In this document: piece by piece, positions 10,401 through 23,135 of the stretch
Layout of the letters: each line of letters starts with the position of its first letter
How positions within the stretch are numbered: position 1 is the stretch's first letter
DNA from: Paecilomyces variotii
Taxonomy: Eukaryota
Reading direction: 5' to 3' (one strand)
DNA length: 64,000 bases
Assembly: GCA_004022145.1 (NCBI GenBank)
Contig: RCNU01000003.1
Notes under the pieces: generated by a model
Seen by the model: only the letters and a program-made list of their open reading frames with translations
Told to the model about the DNA's origin: nothing
The model's database searches: none
Translations under genes and position numbers: made by a program

Positions 10401-13400
10401 GAAGGCCAGAGCAGGCTCACTGTGACGAATACTCTCATCCTCCTGGTAAGACGGTCCCCTGAAGGTGAAATAACCGGGGTAGGCACCATCCTTGTGACCG
10501 CAGATGAAGGTCACCCGACGAATACGGCGGGCGAGGAACTCTTCCTTGAAACCGGCCACCAGGTCGTTGATCTGCGAGACAAGCTCCGTGTCATCCAGAG
10601 CCTCCACGTCACGAATAGCCACATTGAGAACATTGCTGAGCTCGTCGCTCTCCGGCTTCTGAGAGGGCTTGCGCTTGCCAGACAGATCAGCCAGCAGACC
10701 TTCGTTGGCCTTCTTGACCGGAGAGCCAGCGCGCGGGAAGACTTCGAGGGCCTTGGGCAGGTATTCTTCAGCCTCTTCCAGGTACTGGACAGGGATAATA
10801 ACACCCTGTCTAGTGGGTTCACCTCCGTTCTCGTTGATGAAATAGGACATATCACTGATGGAGTTGATTCTCCTGTTGAAAGTGTCGCTGGTTGGGGTGC
10901 CAGGAGCGGACGGGTGAGAAGATGTGATAGGCAGGCCGTATTCACTCTGGCCAACTTTGCCCAGAATGAAGTCCCACGAGACGAATGGAGGTTCATTGTC
11001 GTGGTGATACTGAATGCCCTTCAACTGATACGCCCGGTAAGCTCTGCGGACGTACACTTCCAGGGCGGCTAAAGAGACCCACGGGTCCTGGTGACAGAAG
11101 AAGTGCGGGAGTACATCGAAAACGGTGTACTTGGAATCAACGACCTCCTTGAGCACGTTGATATCGGGTTCCCGGTGGTCCCAGCCGGTTTCACCATACC
11201 TGGACTCCACGACTGACGAACGCAAGATAAGCTCCATCTGAGAGGCTCTCTCCTCCAAGGACGGCAGGGCGCTTTGAATGAGTAGCTCACGAGCCTTGAG
11301 GGCCACCTTGGACGAAGCTCGGGATTCGAGCTCGGTCAACTTTCTGAGAATAGGCTTAAAGTGCTTGCCGACGTTTCCGACGTTAGGTCGGTTCGGACGG
11401 TACATGTCGAGGATGGCCAGGATGAGGTTGTTCTTGGAGCTGACCTTGCTGTGCGACAAGACGGTGTAAACAACCTTGAGGATGTCATCCTTGTTCTCAT
11501 CTCTGAGCTTGAGAATGGCATCCTCGTCGCGAACGTTACGTCCGGTAAATAGATGCTCGACCTCCCAGTACTGCTCCAGGAGACCAATGAAGACGTCGAA
11601 CTCGTGGGTCTTCAGACCATCCATGTATCGGTCGATAACGGTCAAAAGAGGGAGCAGAGTCGTTCGGAGTGTCTCAGCATCACCCGGGTTGACATTTTCC
11701 TCAATGAAGCGCGAGATGGTCTTCTGCAGCTGCTTGGCAGGGAATTCAGCCTTGCGAGTCTTTGCACGATCCACCACCTGGACGAGCTGAGCGTCAAGCT
11801 TCTGAGGAATGCGAGAGTGCAGTGCGGAAAATTGAGCGTTCCATTCTCCGTACGGAAGCTCAGGATCGCGGAGGACTTCGACGAGTTCTTTGAGGGTCGA
11901 ACCCATGATAATCTGGTTGTCAAAACCCCTGAGGATGTTCTCGAGGATGCTGTACAAAAGGACGTAGCGCTGAGGCGGCTTGTTTCCAACCACCTGAGGC
12001 GGGCCCAGATCGGGGAGCTGCCCAGTGAACGGCTGGGCGTGCTTCACGCGTGAAGGGTCATCCAAAGTCAGGATTCCCATAATATCGCCAGCCTCCAGAG
12101 TGGCGCCAGGTTGCTTGATGAACTGGACGATACCATCCTCCTGAGCGATGAGAGGCATGTACATCTTCATCACCTCAACCTCCGCGAAGGGCTGACCGGT
12201 CTTGACATGGGAGCCGTTTTCCACGGTGAACTTCACCAGCTTACCGGGACTGGGGGTTCGCAGCTGGGTGGGGTCATTCTCCTGCTCGAGCAAGCAAGTC
12301 TTGCCGTCCACGCTCAGACGGGTGGCGGCAGCTTCCTCCTTCCAGTAGACGTTGTGGCTGCGACCATTCAGCAGGACAAGCAGACCACCGTCCGCGAGAG
12401 CACGGACGCCGACGGAGCACTTGGAGCCGTTGATGAAGAGAGTGTAGCTGTCCAAGCTTGCGCGGGTCGCGGTGAACTTGTATCGTGAACCCTCGTAGAT
12501 GAAGTCGACGGGGAAGACTGTCTTCAGGACGTCCTTGGCGGGAACCTGACCCTTCTCTAGACCCTTGCGGTATTCCGCAATGCATTCCTCGCTGGCCTGG
12601 TGGGCTTTCGTAACAGCTCCGCAGATGACAGCGAGAATGGGGTCGGGACGCTCAGCGGTCAGCTTGTTGCTGATCAGCTGGTCCAGCCAGCCCGTGGTAA
12701 TGGTGTTCTCTTCGAAGGCGGGAGTCTCGAGCAGCTTGATCAGGTACTCAACGGTGGTGCGGAAATCACCACGGATGCTCAGTTCCTTCAGGGCAACAAC
12801 CATGTGCTTTCGAGACGCCGATCGGTTCTCGCCGTAGGCGAAGATGTGACCGAACTGGCTGTCCGAGAAACTGTGGATTCCACCCGAGCTACCGACGGAG
12901 AAATAACCCCAGACGTTAGACGAACTTCGGAAGTTCAGCTCGTGCATGGTACCGCTGGAGGGCTTGAATCCCTCACCGGGATCTTCGGAGGTGATACGAC
13001 AAGCGGTGGTATGTCCCTTGGGCTGCGGGCGACGCTGGGTCTTGAAGCTCTCCTCACTCTTGAACTCGAAGTCGATCTCAGACGAGGTGTTGGGGTCGAC
13101 ACCGTAGAGCAGACGAATGTCACGGATGCGGTGCAGGGGGATACCCATGGCAATCTGCAGCTGAGCGGCAGGCAGATTGACGCCGGAAACCATCTCCGTG
13201 GTGGGATGCTCGACCTGGAGACGGGGGTTCAACTCGAGGAAGTAGAACTTGTCATCCGCATGCGAATACAGATATTCGACGGTACCGGCGGAGACGTAGC
13301 CGACCAGTTTTCCCAGGCTAACAGCAGCCTTCTCCATGGCCTGGAAGGTAGATGGCTTGGCAATGGTGACGGGAGCTTCCTCGATAATCTTCTGGTGTCG

Positions 13401-14596
13401 TCGCTGGACGGAACAATCTCTTCCGAAAAGGGAGATGTTGTTTCCGTACTGATCGGCCAGCAGTTGCACCTCCAAATGTCTCGCCTCGCCGGCCAGCTTC
13501 ATGATGAAGATTGGCGATCCGGGAATCTCACTGGCGGCCGCATTGTACAGGGTGATAAAGTCTTCTTCCTTCTCGACCTTTCGGATACCCTTACCACCGC
13601 CTCCTTCGGAGGCCTTGACCATGACGGGGAACCCAATCTCGCGGGCTTTCTGGAGACCCTCCTCGGGCGAATGTGTGCATCCCTTGTCATAGACCTCATC
13701 CTCGACCGTGACGATGCCGTTCTCGTCAATTGTCACTTGGTCGACACCCGATCCCGACCACGGGATACAGGGCACATTGGCGTGCTGTGCGACAATGGTG
13801 GAGGAGATCTTGTCACCCAGCGAGCGCATGGCCGATGCGGGCGGACCAATGAAAATGATCTTCTTGGGCGAGGCCGCTAGTGATTCTGGCAGCCTTGGGT
13901 TCTCTGAAGCATGGCCCCTGCGAGCTGAGTCAGTTTCGCGCAATTGTTGTCTGACAGTCTCATTTTTACGGCTTACCATCCTGCCCAGACGGCGTGCACG
14001 TCCATTCTCTCCGCAATGTCGACAATCAGTTCGACGTTGGCGTAGTTATTATTATTAGTACCTCCGGGAACCTATACCACGGAGAACCAACGTCAGCACA
14101 TCCCACGTAGAAAATTTCTTTGTGCGGGAAAATGAGCCAACCGTACCTCCACATACTGATCGGCCATACGAATGTAATCTGCGTTGGCCTTGAGATCCTC
14201 TGGCGTGGCCATGACGGTGAACTGGATGGCGCGCTCGTTGCCAAACGTCTCGTAGGCCCATTTTCGTACTGATCGGATCTCCTTGACTGCAGCAATACCG
14301 TTGTTGGCAATCAACACCTAGAAAAATCAAAATCAAATCCTCACTGTCAGCCCGTCTGTCGTGTACGAAATTTCACTGTGGGGGGGTGCTGTTTTCACCG
14401 CTCCCCCCAATACTGAAATGGGACGTACGGAAGTAATGACGGAGTGACCGCCGTGAGCGGCCACAAAGTCCTTGACGTTGCTGGGAGGAGCAACATCGAG
14501 GGCGTTTCCACCGACGAAATGTGAGGGGATATCGTATTTGGCAGCGAGAGAGCTGCCGTGCCCGTTGGTGGCACCCGTTCCGTTACTAAGACCCAT
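7470..14596 (-). CDS. ACC1: Acetyl-CoA carboxylase, multidomain BC-BCCP-CT (~2293 aa)
   Basis: Exons 14596-14429, 14317-14147, 14071-13977 and 13917-7470 join in frame with canonical GT-AG introns. Motifs [38 protein letters not shown], biotin site EVMKM, carboxyltransferase ANSGARIG and [13 protein letters not shown]. Confidence 0.98.
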
Positions 14597-16332
14597 GATG
14601 CTGATTATCTTAATCGACAACTTCCATGTAGAAATTCAGCCCGGAATAGTGAGAGTGAGGAGAAAAAGAAAAAGAGATTAGGTGAAAAAGCCGTTCGAAT
14701 GAGGGCGTTGACGGCACCGATGAACCAAAGCTTTCGAAACTGTTCAACACGCAGGTATTATAAACATATAACGGGATCGGGCACGTCGCGCACCACCCTG
14801 GAGGAAAAGGACGACGGGGAGGAAGGAATTGACGGCCAGGGAGTCTGGGCGATGGTGGTGGTGAATGGGAAGGGAAGAGGGAAAGAGAAGAGGAAAGGTG
14901 TGGGAGGAGGACTAGTCAGTTATCTGAAGAAATGCCACGACCACCAACCACGGGACTTAAGTATATAGGGGTGACCACAAGCGGAGCAGCGACTTTGATC
15001 CAATTCCAACGTGGTATTTTAATTACTATTAGGCTGTTCGTCTGGACCGATCCGTTCCCAGCCTTTTTTTTTCCTATCGACTCTACGAAGTACCTAGTAA
15101 ATACAGTTACTTACTTACTTTCCTTGGCCCGTCGGATCTGTCATCCAGACGGCTTGCAGGTAAAAAAAAAATCATCCAAAAGAGAGGTGTCGGGCCGTCC
15201 AGCTAGCAGGGAAAACGGTCCATTTCGGCGCGGGTCCTTTGGATCCCCAACTGGAGAGCTTGTTGGGCCCATGACGTGCCTGGCTCCGCTGGCTGTCTTC
15301 CCACCAGATTTGCTACCGATGATTATGGCTTTCCAGGTACCGGTGGTAATACAGTAACAATAATAATAATAATTAAATTATTATTGACCAAGAAATAATA
15401 CTAATTATGTCTGGATCTGAACATGGCTAGCTACAGTAATAATACATACACAACAACGTAGATAGATTGATACGTAGTTCGATGAGAATATCCCATCTCC
15501 CCATGTCTCTGGTCTTTACTGGACGATCACGGCATCCCGTATGGTCATCCTCTCGTTCTAATAATATTAATTATTCTGACAGTGATCTCAGTGCATACCT
15601 AATAATGGTCTATGTTCTACCTAAGAATAATGGTCTATGGGATTGTGCAGCATCCAGCATAGGTAATGTGCGAAACTAACCGAAAACGGACGGCGTTGAC
15701 CAGCCAAGACCGGGCAAGCTCAGGCGTTGAGCCCCTTGCTGGGACACCCGGATTGGTCGATCGCCCAGATCGCCCGCCAGGCACAAAAACCACCTTGAAG
15801 ACTGCCGTGTTCGGGCGGAAGGATCGATGATTCGATCGCCTGCCAGCGACACCCAATGCTCCGTGCGGTCGGGGTGTTTTTTTTTTTTTTTTACTGTCGT
15901 TATGTTCGCTACATTATTCATTCATTATTAATTAATTACGAACCGCATGCTGACATGATTCGACTGCTGACATTCGACAACATACGGAGTACAGTAAAAG
16001 GCAAAAAAAACCAAAAAAAAGGACAGATATGCAGGGCTGACACTGAGCTGACGGGGACGATCTGATAGTCGATACGATACCTACGTACTACTACTCGGAT
16101 ACCACCCTGGACCAGGGGGTCGGGAGCGGAATCCATACCGCTCGGGGACGGATGTGCCATCTCACCTAAGAAGTTACGAGATAATCCGGAGCTATCCCGG
16201 ATGTCTGTCAGCTCGTCCAGGACTCCAGAGTATAATCATCTCTAGTCTAGTCGCTGATATGATGGATTATATTTCTCGCGCTGCAGATCATCCACGTTGA
16301 ACTACAGAAGGAAACTTTGGCAACAACCTTCT

Positions 16333-16363
16333 ATCATCCCATCGAATCATCCCATCGAATCAT
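16333..16363. repeat. Tandem 13-bp direct repeat (ATCATCCCATCGA)x2 plus a partial copy
   Basis: atcatcccatcga atcatcccatcga atcat read directly from the sequence. Confidence 0.8.
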
Positions 16364-18157
16364 GGCATAGTTAGCATATGGTATGGTAGCAATAATAACA
16401 TAACAAGGCATAGCATACCATACTCGGGTCTACCTAGAATCCTAGATAGAGTAGTAGATACATAACTACTCCGTACAGTACCATATGGTATCTCCACGTC
16501 TCGGATGTTCTTACCGATACCGAAGGATCCAGAACAAAACACATCCAATATTATTCCAGCCACAGGATCATCTCCCTCGCGTCAACCAAAACGGGAAAGG
16601 AAAAAAAAAGAAGTCCCCGACTTCTGTTGGGAGAACAATAATAAAAATAACTAACAACTAATAATACATAGTTAATCATAATGGATGCGAACAACGCAAC
16701 ATCCTCACCAATGCAGAGAAGTGTTGGACGTGACGATCTGCAGCCTGACCGCAGCCAACAACAAGCCACTACTGGCCCTACTGAGAAATTAGGAACCCGA
16801 TCCAACTCCGACACGCGGGCGGATTATTGTGCTGGACCCTTCCAATCTGCTCCATTATTATTATCACCCACTGTGAGAAATTAACGTAGCTTAGTTTTAG
16901 TCCCCGAGGGGGGCCAGTCTAACCCTCTCTTCGGTCGATTTTCCCGACAAGCTAAGTACCCTATGACTGAGTATGGGGCCCAACAACAAAGCTTAGCTGA
17001 TTTCACTTGTTTCCACTCACTCACTCACTTACTTTAGATACTTCACAACAGAAATCTCATCCAAGAATTTCATTCCCGCGCTACTCTTCCGCCTTATCCC
17101 AACAGCAACTATAAGAAAAAAAAAAGCATAACTTAACCTAGTTATACCCTACTATCTGGGAATATACCAGGGACCGGCTTGTCAGGAACACGAATCATTG
17201 GTTCAGCATATCCTGCAAGAATAATATCGGCCTCAATAATAAGCATATAAGCACTACTAAATTCTAAATACAATATCACACGCTCTATTTACAAGGCACC
17301 GCGAAGTTTATATATACAGTAGTACTTCACTTTATGGTAACTACGTACTTACCCTATTCTGGATCTTAGTTACCTTAAAAAAAAGACCTCATTGTAACGT
17401 TACAGTACTGAGGTACTCAGTACCAAGGAAGACGCAATATAGTATATTCCTTGGTCTCAAGAAAAAAAAAAAAGGTAAAGAAATCGACACACCCGACAGC
17501 GAGATCCCTACCTAACCTACCACTGAAAGAATTCGAACCCAAAAAAAAGGACATTGTCCATACGATTCCGGCAGTTCACACAGGCAGTTGTTATGCAGTG
17601 TGTTTCCACCCGGTTGCGGTAACCATGCCACGTGGGACGCTCAACAATGTAACTGAAACTCAAACGGATTACCAGTTACCTATGTAATAATAATAGTTAG
17701 AGTCTACTACTACTATATGTCAGCGTATAAAGCGAACGCCAAGTAATCTATTAATTATCCGTTTGCGGCACGTTCTTTGAATTCTGATTATCATAGGATA
17801 GATAGAAACTTACTAACTAGATAATTACTTGGTTATTAGATCCTTTGTATAGTTACCTCGAGAGATTAATGGAACTAGAAGGAGATAAGCAAGCAAGCAA
17901 GGAATTCAAGGTGTTCAGGTTAGATCTTGCTTTTTGTGCCGTTTAATAACTATTCGACAGTATACTACCTGCTTACTCTACTCATTATGATGATCTTGTT
18001 AAGAGGAGCTTTTCTATGGGACTACAGAATACCACGTAAATATATATAGGAAAAGCTGAACTATTTATTCGAGGACTCTATCTATCGCGTGTTTATTAAT
18101 ACGTTCCAAGATATATAACTAAGTTATAGAGTTGAGTACTGAGCTCTCCCGCCGCTG

Positions 18158-18177
18158 AATATATATATATATATATA
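18158..18177. repeat. (AT)n microsatellite
   Basis: Run of atatatat... read directly. Confidence 0.85.
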
Positions 18178-18965
18178 GCCTGTAAGTTATCCCCCACGGG
18201 GACCGTCTCCTTGGATCTACATTACCGGATTCTATAATCAAGTGTCTGATGTTCCGTATCCTCTCCATTCTTTATGTAGCGTAGTGCGATAAAGCAGCTA
18301 GGCGTCGACAATCGCTTGACTGGGATTACCACCGCAGTCATCACATCTATCGATGACCTCCTTGGCAACACGTAAACATAATCAGAAGAAAAGAATATGG
18401 GTATTATCTAACAATCTGGATCGCTAGGTGCTAACAAGCGAGAGTGGTTGCTGGATGACACAGCTTAGGACGGGTGCAGCGATCCCCTGCTCCACAGGAG
18501 TTCAGGCAGATCAAAGAAACAAACATACTGCACGCCAACAGATGGAAAACCTCTAGCTTTCCCCCATTCGAGTACAACGGATATAGAACTGGTATTATCT
18601 GCAAGAAATCGAAAGCGAAGCATCCACCGAGTCCGATAGCAATGGGGTAAAGACCAGACAAAGAAACCCTCACGAGATCAAAACCCTCTGCGGAAAAAAG
18701 AAGAAACCGCGCCTGGGGCGAAAAAATCACGCCGATGCTCCAACTGCACCTTTGCCCACTAGGGTTGGGAGATCAATGGGTTGATGATGATGATGATGAA
18801 AAAAACAAAGGGGAAAGGAACAAGAATGACACAACCAAGCTGCAACTGTGAAACTGGTCGGAAACCGATGATATGCGCGCCGTAAACGTTCATGAAAAAA
18901 AAAAAAAAAGTATAAAAAGGACCGTAAAATTCATTGTCAAGAAGAATGAAAGGATAATCAACGAT

Positions 18966-20830
18966 CTAATACGTCTCACCCAGATCACCCAGGCTCTGTT
19001 TGTGGTGCTCTCGGGGTGCCATATCGCTCCCTCGGCGAACCATGCCTGAGCTGATCTTCCGCGGTGTCGGTATGGCTGAGATCCCCCCGCTGGGTCGTTT
19101 CTTCAGCCCCGACATGGGGATGGATGTCCTGCCCCTGGTATCCTCCGTAAAGGTGCTTCTGCGGAAGGTAGGGGTGGTGATGTCGCTGATGCTGGTATCT
19201 CCATCTTCATCGATGTTCGTCATGCTAATATTGTGGCTGTGCGCCGTAGTACCTGTGTAGTTGCTGAGAGAAGACCGGGGCCGACGGCTCTCGGTCGTTG
19301 GGTTAGTGGAGTAGTGCCCGATCGGCGTCCTGGCAGTGGCGGCGCCATTGAAGCTGGCTGCACCATTGAAACTCTGCCGGCTATCGGGTCGTGGCGCTGG
19401 GATGCCGCTCGAGTACGTATGGCCGATCGAGCTGCGGCTGGAGAAGCTGGTCCGACTGCTGGGCCGACTGTCTCCTTGGGTGCGTGTGCCGACCGACTGT
19501 CGGCTCGGTGGGATATACGGGGTGCCGTCGCCGTGGACAGAAGAACTGAAGCTGCTGCCACTTGTGCGCTTCCTCGAAGACTTGCGCACCGTGATGTTAG
19601 AAGGAATAGGACTCTGTCCTGACACGGAGCCACGGGGAGAGGTCCTGCTAGGCGTATCCACAGGGGCGGGGAGTCTCGATCGGGCAGATTGCACTCGTTC
19701 CTCCAACTTCTGCATCTTCCCGATGAGGCCACGAATCTGGTATAGAGAACCCGATCGGGGAAGTCCCGCCGACTGGGAAGCACTGAATCGAGAGACGCTG
19801 GAGCGCGACGTGACTGACGGCGTCGACCGGCCATTGCTGAGCGGAATCGAAGGGGCTCGTGTGTGCCGGCTCCTGACCGGACGGCCACCCCTGTTCGATT
19901 CCGTCACAGATATACTGGGCTTTCTGAGACTGGTCGGTGCGCCGGGCTTGCGCAGGCTGGTGGATGACTCCGATATCGTGGGGGAAGGCGGAGTGACGGC
20001 ATCCGATGTGACGGACGACGCTGACTTGGCTGGAGGCGTTGCCATCGTAGGGGAAGAGGCTGTCGTGACGGGAGAGTGTTCGGACACATCGGGAGTCTTG
20101 GGGGCTCCATGGCTCGAGTCCAGAGGCGCTGGCCTGCGACGTCTCTGAGTGTTCGACTCAGCCTTGCGAAGCTTGTCTTGGACGATGTCAGCTTCGATCT
20201 TGAGATCAGACAGTTCATCACGAAGACGCTGAGTCTCTATCCGCAGAGACTCTCGTTCTTGCTCTCCGTTCTTGATCTCTTCCTCCAGCAGGACTCCGCG
20301 TTCGATCGCCATGTTGTATTTGGATTCCAGATCCTCTAGCGACGACGTGGTGTGTCGCGCCTGGCGTTCGAAATCATCGTTGGCCACTTCCATATCCCGC
20401 AGCCTCAACTGCAGTGCCCTGTTCGTTTCCCGTAGATTGGTGATCTCCTTCTGCAGGGTGTTCTGCACCGAGCTCGCTTCTGTCTTGGCCTGTTTGTACT
20501 TGGTCTGCAGCGAGATTAGCATCCATCCACCGCAAAGCGAGGCAAGCGATCCAGAGGGACCGCATCAAGCTCTGGGGAAGTTTCGATGATACCCACCTTC
20601 CATTCCTCGACCTCGTAGCGCAAGCTCTCTACCTTCTCCTTCAACTGTCGCTCCCGCTTCTCCGAGGCCTCGATATCCTTTTCCAACTCCGCCTCCAGTT
20701 CGCGACTGGAGGCTTGAAAGTCAGCCAGCTCGACCTCGAGCTGCTCATATTGCGACTTGTAATATGACAGCTCCTCTTCCGCAGAACCCGCCACATGGCG
20801 TGGTGAAGGGGTTCCATCGGTAGCCGGCAT
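18966..20830 (-). CDS. nudE: Nuclear distribution protein NudE (LIS1/NudF-interacting dynein regulator, ~590 aa)
   Basis: Exons 20830-20597 and 20504-18966. N-terminal coiled coil ELADFQASSRELEAELEKDIE...LRDMEVANDDFERQAR...ERGVLLEEE; C-terminal SLYQIRGLIGKMQKLEERVQSARSRL in a Ser/Pro-rich tail. Confidence 0.95.
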
Positions 20831-21745
20831 CGTTGGCTACGTCAGATGAATGCGCACGCAACGGGAGCCAGGGGAGAGGAAGGCGGTTGAACAGCACAGA
20901 CAGGCTCAAGAGCGAGATGCGATCGACGCAGGCGACATAAGAACACCGCCAGAAGTCCCGTCGTGGACGAAGGGGATGGCCGTGGTGACGGCGATGCACG
21001 TGGAACTGGTCCCAATAATGACCGGTTCGAGCGGTCCCTGGACACAATGCGGTGTCGCAAACGGCAGCTCTGAGGGCGTGCAGGAACGCTGGCGGTCAAG
21101 CAAGACGTTCCAGAAAACCTACCTTAGACGCTGAACCCCCTCGCTGGGGGTTGCTCTCGCGGTGTCGATGGCGGGGAGAGAGGGGTGTTCGATGGGCTGC
21201 GGTGCATCCCATGTCCAAGAAGTTCGTCGACCAGCTGGAGTGTTGATGTTTCCGTCGTCAGGGGCGCCTTGGCCTGAAACCGCCTAGCGCGGGACAGCTG
21301 CTCCATCTCTCTCCTCCACGCCTGCGCTTCTCGACGTGCGTACACCGAAGACAAGAGGTCTAGATACAACAGGCGATTCTCTGGGGGGATCTGGCTTTCT
21401 GGTAAGCTGTCTGTCTCTGCTGTGTTTCTCTGTCACTGCTACGCCCTCGCGCCGTCGTGTCCCTTTGGCCCCCCGTGTCATTCCGCAGCTCCGTCGGTGC
21501 TCTGCTCCACTGTTCTCTCTTCTGCTGGCTGCTCTCTATGTCCACGCACGATCTCCCCCATCCATCAGGCACCGATCTGATGCGATTCCTTCCACGCACT
21601 CGATATCTTCTATCACGATGCCCGTCCTATACCCCTCACAGATTGCGCTGTGCAGTGCAGAACGGAGCTTGATGAGAATGGTGATGCTGACGCGCTGCTC
21701 CGTCCAGAGCTTGCTCTGTCCCCGTTTCCTAGTTAACCGGCCGTC

Positions 21746-23135
21746 ATGGCTGACTCCGCGGATCTCAACCTCGACGCGCCAAGCGATCTTCAGGATATTC
21801 CTGATATGGCCATGGAGCTGATTCCACCGCCCGAAGGAACATTCCCCGATAAGTGAGTCCCCTCACTCGCCTCCCTCCGGTTCGCCGTACATGGTCCCGC
21901 ACGGTTCCTTCAAGGTTCAATGCGTAGACTGATCGGGTTGTGTTTTGTCTTTGATAGAGCTTCCCTGCTCGCCTCAGTCCAGGCCCACGGAAAAGCCCAC
22001 GGATACAACATCGTCGTGAAATCGTCGAGCACGCCAACGGAGAAGAAGCCGGGACGGACCGCAAAGATATGGCTGCGCTGCGATCGTGGTGGACAGTACC
22101 GGCCGCGGAACGGTCTCACCGAAGAGACTCGAAAGCGCAAGAGGACCTCCCGTCTCATGGACTGCCCGTTCATGCTAGTGGCAGCTGGGACGCCTGGGAT
22201 CTGGACATTAACGGTGCTGAATCCGACTCACAACCATGGCCCCGTCCTCGATAGGCCGCGCCATGTGCCACATCACAAAGTCAAGAAGGGCCAGATCACG
22301 GCAGTTCCCTATGATTGGCCGCACGATGCTACGATGACACCATTCACGACCGCACTGGTTATAATTGATATGCAGAAGGACTGTAAGTCTAGATCGGACG
22401 TGGGGTGGTTGCTCTATACGGCTCTTTGCTGACCGGCTGTTAGTCTGCAGTCCCGGCGGTTACATGGAGTATCAAGGCTACGACATCTCTGCCAACCAAG
22501 CTCTGATCCCAAAGCTGCAGCGGGTGCTCCATGCATTCCGCGCTTCTGGCTTTCCTATCTACCACACTCGCGAAGGTAGCATCTCATCGACATGCCCCAA
22601 TGAGAGCAAATGATTGCTGATGATCATACTAGGCCATCGCCCCGATCTCTCGACGCTACCAAGTCGAGAAAACTTTCGCTCCCGGAATAATGCCTCCGGC
22701 CTGGGGATCGGTGCTCAAGGGCCCTTGGGTCGCCTGTTGATTCGCGGGGAGGTTGGCCATGACACTGTTGATGAGCTGTATCCGCTCCCCGGGGAACCAG
22801 TCATCGATAAGCCCGGCCGCGGAGCGTTTCAATACACAGATTTTGAACTACTTCTGCGGAACAAAGGCGTCAAAAACCTTATTCTAGCAGGAGTGACGAC
22901 GGACGTCTGCGTTTCAACCACTATGAGAGAAGCCAACGATCGGGGATTCGACTGCTGCGTCCTCGAGGACGGTACTGCGGCAAGCGACCCATCACTGCAT
23001 CACAGCACGATCCAGTCGATAAAGATGGAGGGCGGCATCTTGGGTGCGGTTGCGAGGCTCGACGACGTCGTACAAGCCGTCGAAAACTTCAAAGCTGTCA
23101 CTGTGAAGAAGTTGGCTCCACAGATGACTTCTTAA
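21746..23135 (+). CDS. FAR1-type zinc DNA-binding domain fused to an isochorismatase-family cysteine hydrolase of biuret/guanylurea-hydrolase type (~388 aa)
   Basis: Exons 21746-21852, 21958-22382, 22444-22575 and 22633-23135 join in frame. N-domain HGYNIVVKSS..WLRCDRGG..TSRLMDCPF..NPTHNH. C-domain PYDWP, IIDMQKDFCSPGGY, HTREGHRPDL, IDKPGRGAF, GVTTDVCVSTTMREANDRGF, KMEGG. Confidence 0.9.

Noticed and set aside
8421..13880. Long + strand ORFs antisense to ACC1 (467 aa at 8421-9824, 246 aa at 10332-11072, 426 aa at 12600-13880)
   Set aside because: Shadow ORFs expected from the strong C/G third-position codon bias of a highly expressed gene; no recognisable motifs.
14597..14640. Possible non-AUG N-terminal (mitochondrial) extension of ACC1, as in yeast HFA1
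   Set aside because: An in-frame TGA occurs only 14 codons upstream of the ATG, leaving no room for a targeting peptide unless an unseen upstream exon exists.
19336..20148. 270-aa + strand ORF overlapping nudE
   Set aside because: Antisense shadow of a GC-rich Ser/Pro/Arg-rich exon.
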